A DNA stretch of 64,000 bases from a virus: IMG/VR virus record IMGVR_UViG_3300040770_000387; one strand, written 5' to 3'. This document shows positions 1 to 10,123 of this stretch, one piece after another; the first letter of the stretch is position 1; each line of letters starts with the position of its first letter. Below the pieces are notes generated by a model. That model worked only from the letters and a program-made list of their open reading frames with translations, was not told the DNA's origin and did no database searches. Position numbers and translations under genes: made by a program.

Positions 1-75
1 TGCCCTGAAGGATTTTGGAAAGCAGAAACGACTCAGGAAGAAGAAGACGCAATTATGCATAACCTCACACGCTAA
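1..75 (+). CDS. 3' end of an upstream ORF (CPEGFWKAETTQEEEDAIMHNLTR*), possibly a small Cys-containing protein
   Basis: Frame 1 is open from the window start to TAA at 73-75, followed by a short leader before ATG 88. Confidence 0.5.
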   Translation, partial: CPEGFWKAETTQEEEDAIMHNLTR

Positions 76-87
76 AATATATTTACT

Positions 88-933
88 ATGGCACTAATAT
101 TTGAACCAGCTTCTCACACTTATGTTTCACAAGATACAACAGATCATACGCGATGGACCAGCGTCACTACGCTAATAGGCCATATGAAAGAACCTTTTGA
201 TACAAAAGCAATAAGCACAAAAAGCTCTAAGGGCAAAGGTAAATGGGCAGGCATGAAGCCGGAGGCTATTGCCAAAGCCTGGAAAGATGAAAGCGAACGT
301 GCTTGCGGATTAGGAAACTGGTATCACGATCAAAGAGAAAATGATATACTAGGTTGCCTTACCATAGAAAAAGAAGGTGTAACGCTGCCGGTTATTCATC
401 CTATGTATGATGAAAGCAATAGAAAAATTGCATCGTCACAACAATTGACAGATGGCATTTATCCAGAGCTTATGGTTTATTTAAAGTCTGCCGGCATTTG
501 TGGGCAGAGCGATTTAGTTGAGATTGTTAATGGTCATGTAAACATCACTGATTACAAGACTAATAAAAAGATCGAGACTACTTCCTACGTGAACTGGGAG
601 GGCATGTCAAAAAGAATGTTGGCGCCTATGTCGCATTTAGATGACTGTCATATTAATCATTATGCCTTGCAGCTCAGTATTTACATGTATATTATATTGA
701 AGCACAACCCCAGAATGAAGCCCGGATCGATGAACATTCATCACATTAGCTTCGAAGAAGAGGATGTTGCCAATGAGTTTGGCTATCCAATTCATAAGTT
801 GGATGCCAACGGAGAGCCTGTAATTCGCAATATTGACGCCTATCACCTTCCCTATCTGAGAGATGAGGTCGTGACTTTATTGAACTGGTACAAAAGCAAT
901 CAACATAACCTACATAATAAAAAGAAAAAATGA
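88..933 (+). CDS. PD-(D/E)XK (RecB/YqaJ/Cas4-like fold) nuclease
   Basis: Motifs GLGNWYH, ICGQSDLV...ITDYKT and HYALQLSIY (QLxxY). Such nucleases are typically found upstream of TerL in crAss-like phages. Confidence 0.85.
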   Translation: MALIFEPASHTYVSQDTTDHTRWTSVTTLIGHMKEPFDTKAISTKSSKGKGKWAGMKPEAIAKAWKDESERACGLGNWYHDQRENDILGCLTIEKEGVTLPVIHPMYDESNRKIASSQQLTDGIYPELMVYLKSAGICGQSDLVEIVNGHVNITDYKTNKKIETTSYVNWEGMSKRMLAPMSHLDDCHINHYALQLSIYMYIILKHNPRMKPGSMNIHHISFEEEDVANEFGYPIHKLDANGEPVIRNIDAYHLPYLRDEVVTLLNWYKSNQHNLHNKKKK

Positions 934-1076
934 GTTTAAAAAAGATATCCCCAATCAACAAGGTAATTCAAAAATTCGTGTGTATCCGCTTTTGGATCGG
1001 AGTTAATATAATAGGAATACCCCAATACCATATTCACACGTTAGCCTTATCCAAAAAAATCACAAGTAAATGGTAA
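930..1076 (+). CDS. Small hypothetical protein, 48 aa (MSLKKISPINKVIQKFVCIRFWIGVNIIGIPQYHIHTLALSKKITSKW)
   Basis: Not in the ORF track. ATGA overlap with the nuclease stop and overlap with the 1070 start; fills the gap exactly. Confidence 0.5.
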   Translation: MSLKKISPINKVIQKFVCIRFWIGVNIIGIPQYHIHTLALSKKITSKW

Positions 1077-1585
1077 AACTTTTCGATATTCAAAACGGTG
1101 TTGTTGTCCCCACCGAACATTGCTACACGCTGTTAGCGTTAAAGCAGATAATGACGGACTACCCCGATGATTACCTTGCCGTGTATTGTTATGTTTTTTA
1201 CATGACTTGCCCTAACCCAGAACTTAACCCTTTTTTTGATACTCCTGAAAATGAAAAAGAAGACCTTATTATATCGCAACTCAACATCAACTTTTCAACC
1301 GAAGACGACACGGTACAAGTCGCGCTTATCTTTTGTGAAAAGATGTATGAGACACCTACTTATCGCGCGTACATGGGTATCAAGTCTATGCTTGACCGCC
1401 TTGCTGTATACCTTCAGACTACCGCCATCGAGCATGGCCGGGACGGAAATATCAATTCTATGGTTAATGTGGCGGCAAAATTTGAGCAGATCCGCAACTC
1501 GTTCAAGGGTGCTTTTAAAGATCTTAAAGAAGAACAAAAGAGCACCGTCCGAGGCAATCAGCATATTGGCTACGACCAGCTCTAA
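1070..1585 (+). CDS. Conserved helical protein, possible terminase small subunit
   Basis: 171 aa, helical, C-terminal VRG..IGYDQ tail, located shortly upstream of TerL. Function inferred from position only. Confidence 0.5.
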   Translation: MVKLFDIQNGVVVPTEHCYTLLALKQIMTDYPDDYLAVYCYVFYMTCPNPELNPFFDTPENEKEDLIISQLNINFSTEDDTVQVALIFCEKMYETPTYRAYMGIKSMLDRLAVYLQTTAIEHGRDGNINSMVNVAAKFEQIRNSFKGAFKDLKEEQKSTVRGNQHIGYDQL

Positions 1586-1805
1586 CAAAGGAAGCATTTA
1601 CAATTTTGATAAAGGACCTAGGCTTAGTAATCGAAAGCTGCATTACGACCATCAAACTGAAATTTGGATGTTGTATCACGAAGCAGACACTGAGGCTTTA
1701 GAGCAAGGAAGAGTTGCTTATTATGGCGTAATCCGATCTAAAAATGTAAACGAGCTTCTGGCAATGATGGCCCCTAATCACTTACCTGAGAATCCTCATA
1801 ACTAA
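1566..1805 (+). CDS. Small hypothetical phage protein (about 79 aa, probable TTG start)
   Basis: C-terminal part of track ORF 1236..1805. LHYDHQTEIWML...VIRSKNVNELLAMM resembles a small Bacteroidota-phage family. The in-frame TTG at 1566 avoids a large overlap with 1070..1585. Confidence 0.45.
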   Translation: MATTSSNKGSIYNFDKGPRLSNRKLHYDHQTEIWMLYHEADTEALEQGRVAYYGVIRSKNVNELLAMMAPNHLPENPHN

Positions 1806-1811
1806 ACGCTT

Positions 1812-1997
1812 ATGTACATAAAGATCATTCATAAATCAGATGGTAAACTAGTAAGTCTTCACATGCACCATCTCCCCAGAGTACATGAGTTAGTAGTAGT
1901 AGACCAAACAGTTTATAAAATCTTAGATGTGCTTTGGCATATAGAAGACATCCATTTCATTCATGCCGAACTGATTGTTGAAGAACATACTCCCTAA
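1812..1997 (+). CDS. Small hypothetical protein (61 aa)
   Basis: Fills the gap before TerL; leader aaacgcttATG is like other genes here. Confidence 0.6.
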   Translation: MYIKIIHKSDGKLVSLHMHHLPRVHELVVVDQTVYKILDVLWHIEDIHFIHAELIVEEHTP

Positions 1998-2003
1998 ACT
2001 CAC

Positions 2004-4205
2004 ATGTACGCAAACATCCCCACTTATACTGCTGCTACAAAAGAATGGACCTACACCGCTTTTGAAACTAGAGCAGAATTAACCGATTACTTATGGACTC
2101 ATTTCAAAGAGCCCGGAAAATACAAGTTTGATGAAACATCAAAGATGTTTAACGAGCAAGCCCGACGCTACAATCGCGATCGGGTTTACTGCGTTGCACC
2201 GTATCGTTCTGCAGATTTTATTCACTACTGGAACACTGAAAAAGAAAAGTGTCGACAAGGAACCATTTTTATCGGTAAAAAGAACACTTGGTTTTTAAGC
2301 CGAGACTATTACATGTGGCTAAATTTTCTGCCTATCTACAACAAAGAGGTTGCCAAGTTTACCTTTCCTGAGGTTCGAGACGCGCAGTATCACATGTCGC
2401 TTTACGAAGAGATTGCAAAACACTCCTACAAGCACGCCGCGATACTTAAGAAAAGACAGATTGCATCTTCCTACTATCATGCAGGAAAAATGATCAACTT
2501 GTTTTACTTTGAGGAAGGGTCTATCAATAAAATGGCCGCTTCACTTAAAGATTACATCAACGAAAAAGGAACTTGGAGATTCTTAGAAGAATACCGAAAC
2601 TTCTTAAACACGCACACGGCTTGGTACAGACCTTGTACTCCAGACAAAGTATTGTCTTGGGAGCAAAAGATCGAAGTAACCATTAACGGTAAGAAAAGCG
2701 ACATCGGTCTCAAGTCTGTTATAATGGGTGCTGGTTTGGACAAAGATCCCACAAATGGTGTAGGGGGTCCCTGTACGTTTTTCTTTCACGAGGAGGCCGG
2801 TATTGCCCCCAGAATGAACGAAACAATAGAATACCTTATGCCTGCTATGAAATCCGGTATGACCTATACTGGAATGTTTGTTGCGGCGGGATCCGTAGGT
2901 AACTTAGATCAGTGTGAACCGCTCAAGGAAATGATCATGAATCCAGACTCGAAAGATGTTTTGGCCGTGGAAACTAACTTGATGGATGCAGAAGGACAGA
3001 TCGGAATGTGTGGGCTTTTTATTCCAGAACAATGGTCTATGATTCCATGTATCGATGAGTTTGGAAACTCTCTGGTAGAAGAAGCCTTGGAAATGATTCG
3101 TGTAGAACGTATTGACTGGAAGAAAAAACTAAGAGCTGACGATTACCAACTTCGTATTTCTCAGAAACCGACTAACATTGCTGAGGCTTTTGCACACCGA
3201 ACTAAGTCTAAATTTCCATTGGCACTTGTAACCCAACAAATGCGCCGCATTGAAGACAAGACGTACTTCATGGAATACGTTGACCTATCCGAGAAAGAAG
3301 ACGGTACTATTGAGATCAAACCTTCCAAACGCATTCCTATATTAGAATTCCCATTGTCTCCAAAGACAGTAGATAAAGAAGGCGTTGTAGTAATGTATGA
3401 GAGACCCTGTAAAAAACCAGGTTTTGGAATGTACTACGGATCAATTGACCCGGTTGCCGAAGGAAAAACAACTACATCAGACTCGCTCTGTTCTATATTT
3501 ATTTACAAGACTGCGCAGCAAGTAACTAAGCATCGTATTGATGGCACCGCAGAAACTATTATTGAACGCGATGGATTAGTGGCCTCTTGGTGTGGGCGTT
3601 TTGACGATTTAAACAAGACACACGAAAGATTAGAATACATCATACGGGCATACAACGCCTGGACTATTGTAGAAAATAACGTGAGTTTGTTTATTCAATA
3701 CATGATTTCCCGACGCATGCAAAAATACTTAGTACCAAAACATCAGATTCTTTTTCTTAAAGAGTTGAATTCCAACACTAACGTGTTTCAAGAATACGGC
3801 TGGAGAAACGTAGGTACGCTTTTTAAAACCAACATCATGTCGTACGGCATCCAGTTTCTGGAAGAAGAGTTGGATAAAGAAACTTTACCAGACGGGACAA
3901 TTACAAAAACTACTTTCGGCGTAGAGCGAATTCCAGACATTATGTTGCTTAAAGAAATGGCGGCATACCGCGATGGACTTAACGTCGATAGAATAGTAGC
4001 ATACTGCGCGCTTGTTGCTTTTGCTAAAGTCCAAGAGTCTAACCGAGGAGGTTACACCAAACGCGTTGAACATGAGGACGAAAGTTTGCTCAAGTCGAAT
4101 AAAAACGTTAAATTAAAAGTGAGCCCCTTTCGTCACATTGGTGCCACAAGCGGTAGTTCTTCTAACAGACGCCCACCAAGAAACCCATTCAAAAACATGC
4201 GTTAA
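2004..4205 (+). CDS. terL: Terminase large subunit
   Basis: Walker A-like AILKKRQIASSY, Walker B FFFHEEAG, coupling motif VAAGSVG, RNase H-like YGSIDPV and C-terminal DRIVAY. Length typical of crAss-like TerL. Confidence 0.95.
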   Translation: MYANIPTYTAATKEWTYTAFETRAELTDYLWTHFKEPGKYKFDETSKMFNEQARRYNRDRVYCVAPYRSADFIHYWNTEKEKCRQGTIFIGKKNTWFLSRDYYMWLNFLPIYNKEVAKFTFPEVRDAQYHMSLYEEIAKHSYKHAAILKKRQIASSYYHAGKMINLFYFEEGSINKMAASLKDYINEKGTWRFLEEYRNFLNTHTAWYRPCTPDKVLSWEQKIEVTINGKKSDIGLKSVIMGAGLDKDPTNGVGGPCTFFFHEEAGIAPRMNETIEYLMPAMKSGMTYTGMFVAAGSVGNLDQCEPLKEMIMNPDSKDVLAVETNLMDAEGQIGMCGLFIPEQWSMIPCIDEFGNSLVEEALEMIRVERIDWKKKLRADDYQLRISQKPTNIAEAFAHRTKSKFPLALVTQQMRRIEDKTYFMEYVDLSEKEDGTIEIKPSKRIPILEFPLSPKTVDKEGVVVMYERPCKKPGFGMYYGSIDPVAEGKTTTSDSLCSIFIYKTAQQVTKHRIDGTAETIIERDGLVASWCGRFDDLNKTHERLEYIIRAYNAWTIVENNVSLFIQYMISRRMQKYLVPKHQILFLKELNSNTNVFQEYGWRNVGTLFKTNIMSYGIQFLEEELDKETLPDGTITKTTFGVERIPDIMLLKEMAAYRDGLNVDRIVAYCALVAFAKVQESNRGGYTKRVEHEDESLLKSNKNVKLKVSPFRHIGATSGSSSNRRPPRNPFKNMR

Positions 4206-4232
4206 TCGCACCAAATCATAATAGCCTACACT

Positions 4233-6959
4233 ATGCCAAAATTAGTAAACGCATTACAGCTAAAAAAAGGGGTTCGTGCCGACCACAACAGGATGGGTAC
4301 CGTTACTCAACCAATACAATTTACACTTTCTGCTGACAAAGACGAAGAGTGGGCTGCCTGGAACATGGACTGGTTGGAAATGCAAGGAATGAAACAAGTG
4401 CGTCAAAATGCACCTTGGTTGCTAAAGAACTACAAGCTTGCCAACGGAATCATTGACAAGACAGATTACATTGTTGAAGAAAACAATGAGCATGCTGAAA
4501 TGCTAGACGTGTTGACCAAACAAGATGACTCCGCTATGGAGCTGCGTTTTTATCCTATTATTCCAAATGTAGTTAACGTTCTCACAAGTGAGTTTGCTAA
4601 ACGCAACGATAAGATAACTTATCGCGCGGTAGACGATCATACGTACAACGAGATGCTACATGAAAAGCAAGGAATGATCGAGCAGACGCTTATGGCCAAA
4701 GCAGAGCAAGACATGCAACAAACTATTGCATCAATGGGAATTGACATGCAGTCTGAAGAAGGCTCAAAACAAGCCCAGCAAATGATGAGTCCTGAAAACT
4801 TAAAAACGCTTCCTCAAATTGAGCAGTTCTTTAAAAAAGAATACCGCCCAATGATTGAGCAATGGGCCACGCATCAGCACAACGTAGACACAGAACGTTT
4901 CTCTATGAAAGAATTAGAGACCATAGGATTCAAAGACATGCTTACTGGAGATCGTGAGTTCTGGCATTTTAAAATGGAAGAAGACGATTATGACATTGAG
5001 CTGTGGAATCCGCTGCTTACTTTCTATCACAAATCACCAGGAGCACGTTATGTATCACAAGGAAACTTTGTTGGTAACTTCGAGATGCTTACCGTTGCTG
5101 ATGTCATTGACAAGCACGGACATAAAATGAACAAGGCGCAACTAGAATCATTACAAGAAATTTACCCTGTTACATCAACAGGTTATATTATACCAGGATT
5201 GCAAAACGACGGTTCGTTTTACGATGCCACGCGCTCACCAGAATGGAACCAACACGGGCCATCATTAGGAATGAGACAATTCAACTCGTTCCGGGACAAC
5301 TTAGAGTCTACCGGAGATGACATTATAGAAAGCATACTAAACGAAACAGAAGACTTCAAAGCTTTTGGAAACGCAAGTTTGCTTCGTGCTACTACTGCTT
5401 ATTGGAAAACACAACGTATGATCGGACACCTTACTAAAATAGGCAACGATGGTATTGCAATAGAGATGGTAATTGACGAACGGTACAAAGTAACCGATAA
5501 ACCGCAGTATGACAACACAGTTATGCCGCAAAAAAGTAGAGAAACGTTGCAGTTTGGTGAGCACATCGACTGGATCTGGATTAATCAGACTTGGGGTGGA
5601 CTTAAAATCGGACCCAACAGAGCTGGTTTTTCTAGCCATAACGACACAACAGGTTTTGCACCAATATACTTGGATCTTAAGCCAGTAAAATTTCAGTTTA
5701 AAGGAGACTTTACTCTGTATGGTTGTAAGCTTCCTGTAGAAGGAGCTATTTTCTCTAATAGAAATTCACGTTCTACTTCTCTGGTGGACAAGATGAAACC
5801 GTTTCAGATTGGATTCAACTTAGTTAACAATCAGATTGCCGACATTCTTGTCGATGAACTAGGTACTGTTATCTTGCTAGACCAAAATGCTTTACCTAAA
5901 CATTCTCAAGGAGAAGACTGGGGAAAAAACTCTTTTGCCAACGCCTATGTTGCCATGAAAGATTTTCAGATGTTGCCTCTTGACACATCTATTACCAATA
6001 CAGAAAACGCCACAAACTTCCAGCATTATCAAGTATTGAACTTGGAACAAACCAATCGACTAATGTCGCGCGTGCAGCTGGGTACTTATTTTAAATCACA
6101 GTGTTTTGAAACCATTGGTATTACTCCACAGCGTTTAGGCGCAGTTGGAGGACAAGAGACTGCTACCGGAGTAGAACAAGCTGTCAATCAAAGCTACACT
6201 CAAACCGAAATGTACTTCGTGCAACACTCCGAATATTTAATGCCAAGAGTACATCAGATGCGTACGGACTTAGCACAATACTATCATTCAAAAAAACCAA
6301 GCGTAAGATTGCAATACATGACCTCGTTAGAGGAGAATGCCTACTTTGAAATTAACGGTACAGAGCTCTTAGCAAGGGACTTAAATGTGTTTGCTTCCAC
6401 CAAAGTAAACAACAGACAAATCATTGAACAATTCAGATCTCTCGCCATGAGTAACAATACGGCAGGGGCTTCTATCTTTGATTTAGGTAATATTATTAAA
6501 GCAGACTCTCTTGCTGAGATTACCGTGGCTATGAAAACCATGGAAGAAAAAGCGCAAGCATCAGAAAAACAAAAGCAAGATGCATTAATCGAAGCAGAAA
6601 AAACCAAGCAAGAAGGAGAAACTACACGTCAAGAAGCAGAACTTCGCCATGAGGCAGAAGAAAAAGCGCTTGATAGAGAGAACAACCTTGAAGTAGCTAA
6701 AGTTCGTTCTGCAGGATTTACTGCAATGAAAGATATGGACGGAGACGGTGAAAATGATTATATCAAAACTCTGGAATACTTGGACAAGAAAAATGCAGCT
6801 AACGATGACCAAGCAATTGCTCGTCAAAGAGATGTTAACAACCAGGCAAACGAACAAATCAAAAACAATATCAAAAGAGAAGAGTTAGGTTCAAGAGAAC
6901 GTATCGCACAAAAACAGCTTCAAATTGCTAGCACAAACAAGAATAAGTATGACAAGTAA
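4233..6959 (+). CDS. Portal protein
   Basis: 908 aa directly after TerL; YPIIPNVVNVL and GITPQRLG motifs, coiled-coil C-terminus with D.DGDGEND. Crass-like portal size and position. Confidence 0.9.
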   Translation: MPKLVNALQLKKGVRADHNRMGTVTQPIQFTLSADKDEEWAAWNMDWLEMQGMKQVRQNAPWLLKNYKLANGIIDKTDYIVEENNEHAEMLDVLTKQDDSAMELRFYPIIPNVVNVLTSEFAKRNDKITYRAVDDHTYNEMLHEKQGMIEQTLMAKAEQDMQQTIASMGIDMQSEEGSKQAQQMMSPENLKTLPQIEQFFKKEYRPMIEQWATHQHNVDTERFSMKELETIGFKDMLTGDREFWHFKMEEDDYDIELWNPLLTFYHKSPGARYVSQGNFVGNFEMLTVADVIDKHGHKMNKAQLESLQEIYPVTSTGYIIPGLQNDGSFYDATRSPEWNQHGPSLGMRQFNSFRDNLESTGDDIIESILNETEDFKAFGNASLLRATTAYWKTQRMIGHLTKIGNDGIAIEMVIDERYKVTDKPQYDNTVMPQKSRETLQFGEHIDWIWINQTWGGLKIGPNRAGFSSHNDTTGFAPIYLDLKPVKFQFKGDFTLYGCKLPVEGAIFSNRNSRSTSLVDKMKPFQIGFNLVNNQIADILVDELGTVILLDQNALPKHSQGEDWGKNSFANAYVAMKDFQMLPLDTSITNTENATNFQHYQVLNLEQTNRLMSRVQLGTYFKSQCFETIGITPQRLGAVGGQETATGVEQAVNQSYTQTEMYFVQHSEYLMPRVHQMRTDLAQYYHSKKPSVRLQYMTSLEENAYFEINGTELLARDLNVFASTKVNNRQIIEQFRSLAMSNNTAGASIFDLGNIIKADSLAEITVAMKTMEEKAQASEKQKQDALIEAEKTKQEGETTRQEAELRHEAEEKALDRENNLEVAKVRSAGFTAMKDMDGDGENDYIKTLEYLDKKNAANDDQAIARQRDVNNQANEQIKNNIKREELGSRERIAQKQLQIASTNKNKYDK

Positions 6960-7041
6960 AAATAGGCAAGACGTAATAGCTATGTAGTACATAAAAGTTC
7001 TGGGAAACGGGTTCTTAACATAAATCTCTGAAGTTTATTTT

Positions 7042-7050
7042 GTAGATTAT
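7042..7050 (+). promoter_or_regulatory. Candidate late-promoter element (GTAGATTAT after a T-tract)
   Basis: Degenerate version of the GTAAATTCT motif seen at 13806, 23311 and 39070. Confidence 0.25.
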
Positions 7051-7052
7051 AT

Positions 7053-8345
7053 ATGAAGAAGAACCCTAACTTAAAACAGTACAGCATGGATCCAGATTTA
7101 ATAACAGGACAAACAAACGTGAGCAGTGTAACCTTAGAAAGTATTGACGATTTCCTTCCTATGCCGGGAGCAGATAGTGTCGTAACTTCTGATCAAGAAA
7201 AAGCTGCAAAACCAACTGTTTTCTCTAAACCACAAAGAACTAACTTGGACTTTTTAGATGAAGACGAGGAAGCTCCTGAAGGACAAACAAAACCAAATGC
7301 CGCAGACACTCTTGATGCTATAGCCGCTTTAGATGAGAATCTAGAAGAAGAAGCAGAACTAGGTTCAAAAGCAGGACGAAGAAAGACAGACAAAAACGGA
7401 TTAGTTGAGTTCTTGAAAAAAAGAATTGAGACAAACGAGATGTTTACTTTTGATGATTTTGATGATACCAAACAAAACTTAGATGAGTATTTAGGAGGTT
7501 TGAGTGAAAAAGACATCGAAGAGCTTTGGACAGCTAACGTAGACACCATAAAAAAAGACGTTGCTGCAAACACGCCAAAAGAATTCATGGAATCACTTCC
7601 TAAAGAATTACGCCAGGCTGCAGAGTACGTACAAAGTGGTGGTAAAGATATCAAAGGAATGTTACGCGCTTTATCTCAGGTAGAGGAAATAAGAAGCCTT
7701 GATCCTAGAAACGAAGACCATCAAGAAGTTATTGTTAGAAACTATCTTCACGCTTCTGGATTCGGAAACGGAGACCAGGAAATGATCGAAGAGCAAATCG
7801 AAGAGTGGGCGCAAGCCGGAACACTAGATAAAAAAGCAGGCCAGTTCAAACCAAAATTGGACAGCATGCAGGAAGAAATCATGCAAGGCAAGATGGCGCA
7901 ACAAGAGGCTCACAATCAGTCTCAGATCAAGAAGAAAGAAGAGTACATGAACAACATTTACGAAACTTTAAAACCTTCAGAGCTTAACGGAGTAAAGATC
8001 GATTCCAAACGTCAAAAGTTTTTATGGGATGAGCTTACAACAGTAAAGTACGAAAGCATGCAAGGGCGACCTACTAACTTGCTTGGTAAACTTTTAGAAG
8101 ATCACCAGTTTTCTGACAAGCCTAGATACGATCTTATAGCTGAAACACTATGGTTACTATCCGACCCAGACGATTACAAAGAAAACATTCGTCGTCAAGT
8201 TAAAAATGAAACAACACAAGAAACAGTTCGAAGTTTAAAAACAGAACAAAACCGCAGATTAGCCAGTACGGTAGACGAGACACCAGAAGAAGTTAAAACT
8301 GTAAACCGAAAACTGACTAAGACTCAGAACATTTTCAAACGATAA
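7053..8345 (+). CDS. Acidic scaffolding-like protein (crAss gene-77-like)
   Basis: Between portal and MCP; very acidic N-terminus and helical/coiled-coil body. Confidence 0.7.
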   Translation: MKKNPNLKQYSMDPDLITGQTNVSSVTLESIDDFLPMPGADSVVTSDQEKAAKPTVFSKPQRTNLDFLDEDEEAPEGQTKPNAADTLDAIAALDENLEEEAELGSKAGRRKTDKNGLVEFLKKRIETNEMFTFDDFDDTKQNLDEYLGGLSEKDIEELWTANVDTIKKDVAANTPKEFMESLPKELRQAAEYVQSGGKDIKGMLRALSQVEEIRSLDPRNEDHQEVIVRNYLHASGFGNGDQEMIEEQIEEWAQAGTLDKKAGQFKPKLDSMQEEIMQGKMAQQEAHNQSQIKKKEEYMNNIYETLKPSELNGVKIDSKRQKFLWDELTTVKYESMQGRPTNLLGKLLEDHQFSDKPRYDLIAETLWLLSDPDDYKENIRRQVKNETTQETVRSLKTEQNRRLASTVDETPEEVKTVNRKLTKTQNIFKR

Positions 8346-8381
8346 TCCCAAAACTATCATACAACTTAATCTTTAATTAAC

Positions 8382-10001
8382 ATGAGTACACCCGTATTAA
8401 ACAATGGATTGTTCTTGCGCGACACGAACTACAAGACGAGCTCGCACTTAGACTCTTACCATTTACAGAACATGCTCAAGTCAACTGACCCTATGGATTT
8501 AGGACCTGTTGATTTGTGGGCAATGACACAAAAGGTAGAGATGCCTTTGTATCAAATGGCTTCATTTGGTGGTAAAAACACTATAATGGTAGACAACGCA
8601 AGAGGAGAATACAAATGGCAAACGCCTATTGTAAACGATCTTCCTTACATCGTTGAAGACGTTGAACCAGGAGTTGCCATCTTAGGACAAGACGGAACAA
8701 ACTTCAAAATCAAATTGAACAAGCGTGCTTTTGGACATGGTGATATCATCACTTATGACAAGTACAAAGGAGCGGAACTTTATATCACAGCAGAAGACAT
8801 TCTTCCTGGTGGTGACGGTTTCATCTTTACGGTTCAGTTGGTAAACAACGACAACCAAAAATCATTGGACAAGAAATACTTGAAACCAGGTACTTCTTTC
8901 TTCAGAAAAACTTCTGCAAGAGGTGAATACGGAGAAAAGTTTTCTGATCTTGGAGAATTAAGCAATGGCTTCCGTGAGTACTACAACTATGTTGGTGGTG
9001 CTGAAGCACATGCTCACTACTCTGTATCTTCTCGTGCTGAGTTGATGTTAAAAGGTGGAATGAATGCGGATGGTACTGTACCAGTTACAGAGATCTGGAG
9101 ATCATTTGACAAGAACATCGACCCTTCTATTACGTCTATTGACGGGATGGTTGCGAAAATGGGTAAAGAGTACATCAAAAAATCTTATGACAATGGTAAC
9201 TTAAGCCGTTCGTTTGTTACGAACATGGAAGCTGCTCACTTGACTAAGATTGCTACGGATATCGAGACTTACTTAATGTGGGGACAAGGTGGACGTATCA
9301 AACAAGATGGACCAGATGACATCAGACTATCTGTTGGACTTTGGAATCAATTGGACAACTCTTACAAGAGAATCTATAATAAGTCAAGCTTTAGCTTAGA
9401 TTTGTTCCGTTCTGAAATTTTTAATTTCTACAACGGTAAAGTAGAGTTCAAAGGACCAGATCCTAAGAGACAGATCATCGTTCAAACTGGTATGGCTGGT
9501 ATGAAATTGGTTAACCATGCAATCAAGAAAGAAGCTATGAGTGCTGGTCTTGTTGTTCAAGCATCTGATATCGGAGCAATCTCTGGTAAAGCGATGGACT
9601 TGGATTTCGGATTCTCTTTCACTTCTTACACGATTCCGTTCTTGGCAAACGTAAAGTTTGTGTTGAACCCGGCTTTTGACAGCGTTCACACGAACGACAT
9701 CGAGAACCCAATCATCGACGGATTCCCATTGTCTTCTTACAACTTTATTGTGTTTGACATCACTGACAACACAAACGACAACATTTACTTGTTGAAGTTG
9801 AAATGGGACAACGAAATGAAATGGTTCTACCAAAACGGAACAATGGATTACATGGGTCGTTCTCAAGGATTCGCATCAAGCGGAAACTTCAACGGGTACA
9901 GAGTATTCATGACGCAAACAATGCCTTCTATCTGGGTTAAAGACCCAACTAAAGTGTTGAAAATTGTAATGAGAAATCCTATTACAGGAGGTTCATTCTA
10001 A
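8382..10001 (+). CDS. Major capsid protein
   Basis: 539 aa after the scaffold-like gene; EYKWQ, TYLMWGQGG..GLWNQL and C-terminal WVKDPTK..IVMRNP resemble crAss-like MCP. Confidence 0.9.
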   Translation: MSTPVLNNGLFLRDTNYKTSSHLDSYHLQNMLKSTDPMDLGPVDLWAMTQKVEMPLYQMASFGGKNTIMVDNARGEYKWQTPIVNDLPYIVEDVEPGVAILGQDGTNFKIKLNKRAFGHGDIITYDKYKGAELYITAEDILPGGDGFIFTVQLVNNDNQKSLDKKYLKPGTSFFRKTSARGEYGEKFSDLGELSNGFREYYNYVGGAEAHAHYSVSSRAELMLKGGMNADGTVPVTEIWRSFDKNIDPSITSIDGMVAKMGKEYIKKSYDNGNLSRSFVTNMEAAHLTKIATDIETYLMWGQGGRIKQDGPDDIRLSVGLWNQLDNSYKRIYNKSSFSLDLFRSEIFNFYNGKVEFKGPDPKRQIIVQTGMAGMKLVNHAIKKEAMSAGLVVQASDIGAISGKAMDLDFGFSFTSYTIPFLANVKFVLNPAFDSVHTNDIENPIIDGFPLSSYNFIVFDITDNTNDNIYLLKLKWDNEMKWFYQNGTMDYMGRSQGFASSGNFNGYRVFMTQTMPSIWVKDPTKVLKIVMRNPITGGSF

Positions 10002-10011
10002 TAGCATAAAA

Positions 10012-10121
10012 GCCACACCCGGGGATTAACTAATACCGCCCCGGAGTTTGTGGTAAAGAATCCACTTCCCTCCCTTTTGTCAGCGCTCGCTGACAAGCAC
10101 AATGCCCGGATCCTTTCCGGG
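10012..10121 (+). other. Three GC-rich hairpins after the MCP stop
   Basis: H1 CCAC/GTGG plus CCGGGG/CCCCGG (10013-10053); H2 TTGTCAGC/GCTGACAA (10077-10096); H3 CCCGGA/TCCGGG (10105-10121). None is followed by a U-tract. Confidence 0.75.
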
Positions 10122-10123
10122 AA

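Noticed and set aside
88-933. Cas4 / CRISPR adaptation gene
   Set aside because: It lacks the C-terminal three-Cys Fe-S cluster motif, and no cas genes or arrays are present.
1236-1565. N-terminal extension of track ORF 1236..1805
   Set aside because: It lies inside 1070..1585 in another frame and reads like non-coding translation; only the distal part looks protein-like.
10050-10123. tRNA upstream of the HDV-like element (as in theta ribozymes)
   Set aside because: The 5-bp/7-nt hairpin lacks the TTCRA T-loop, and no acceptor stem or cloverleaf can be formed.
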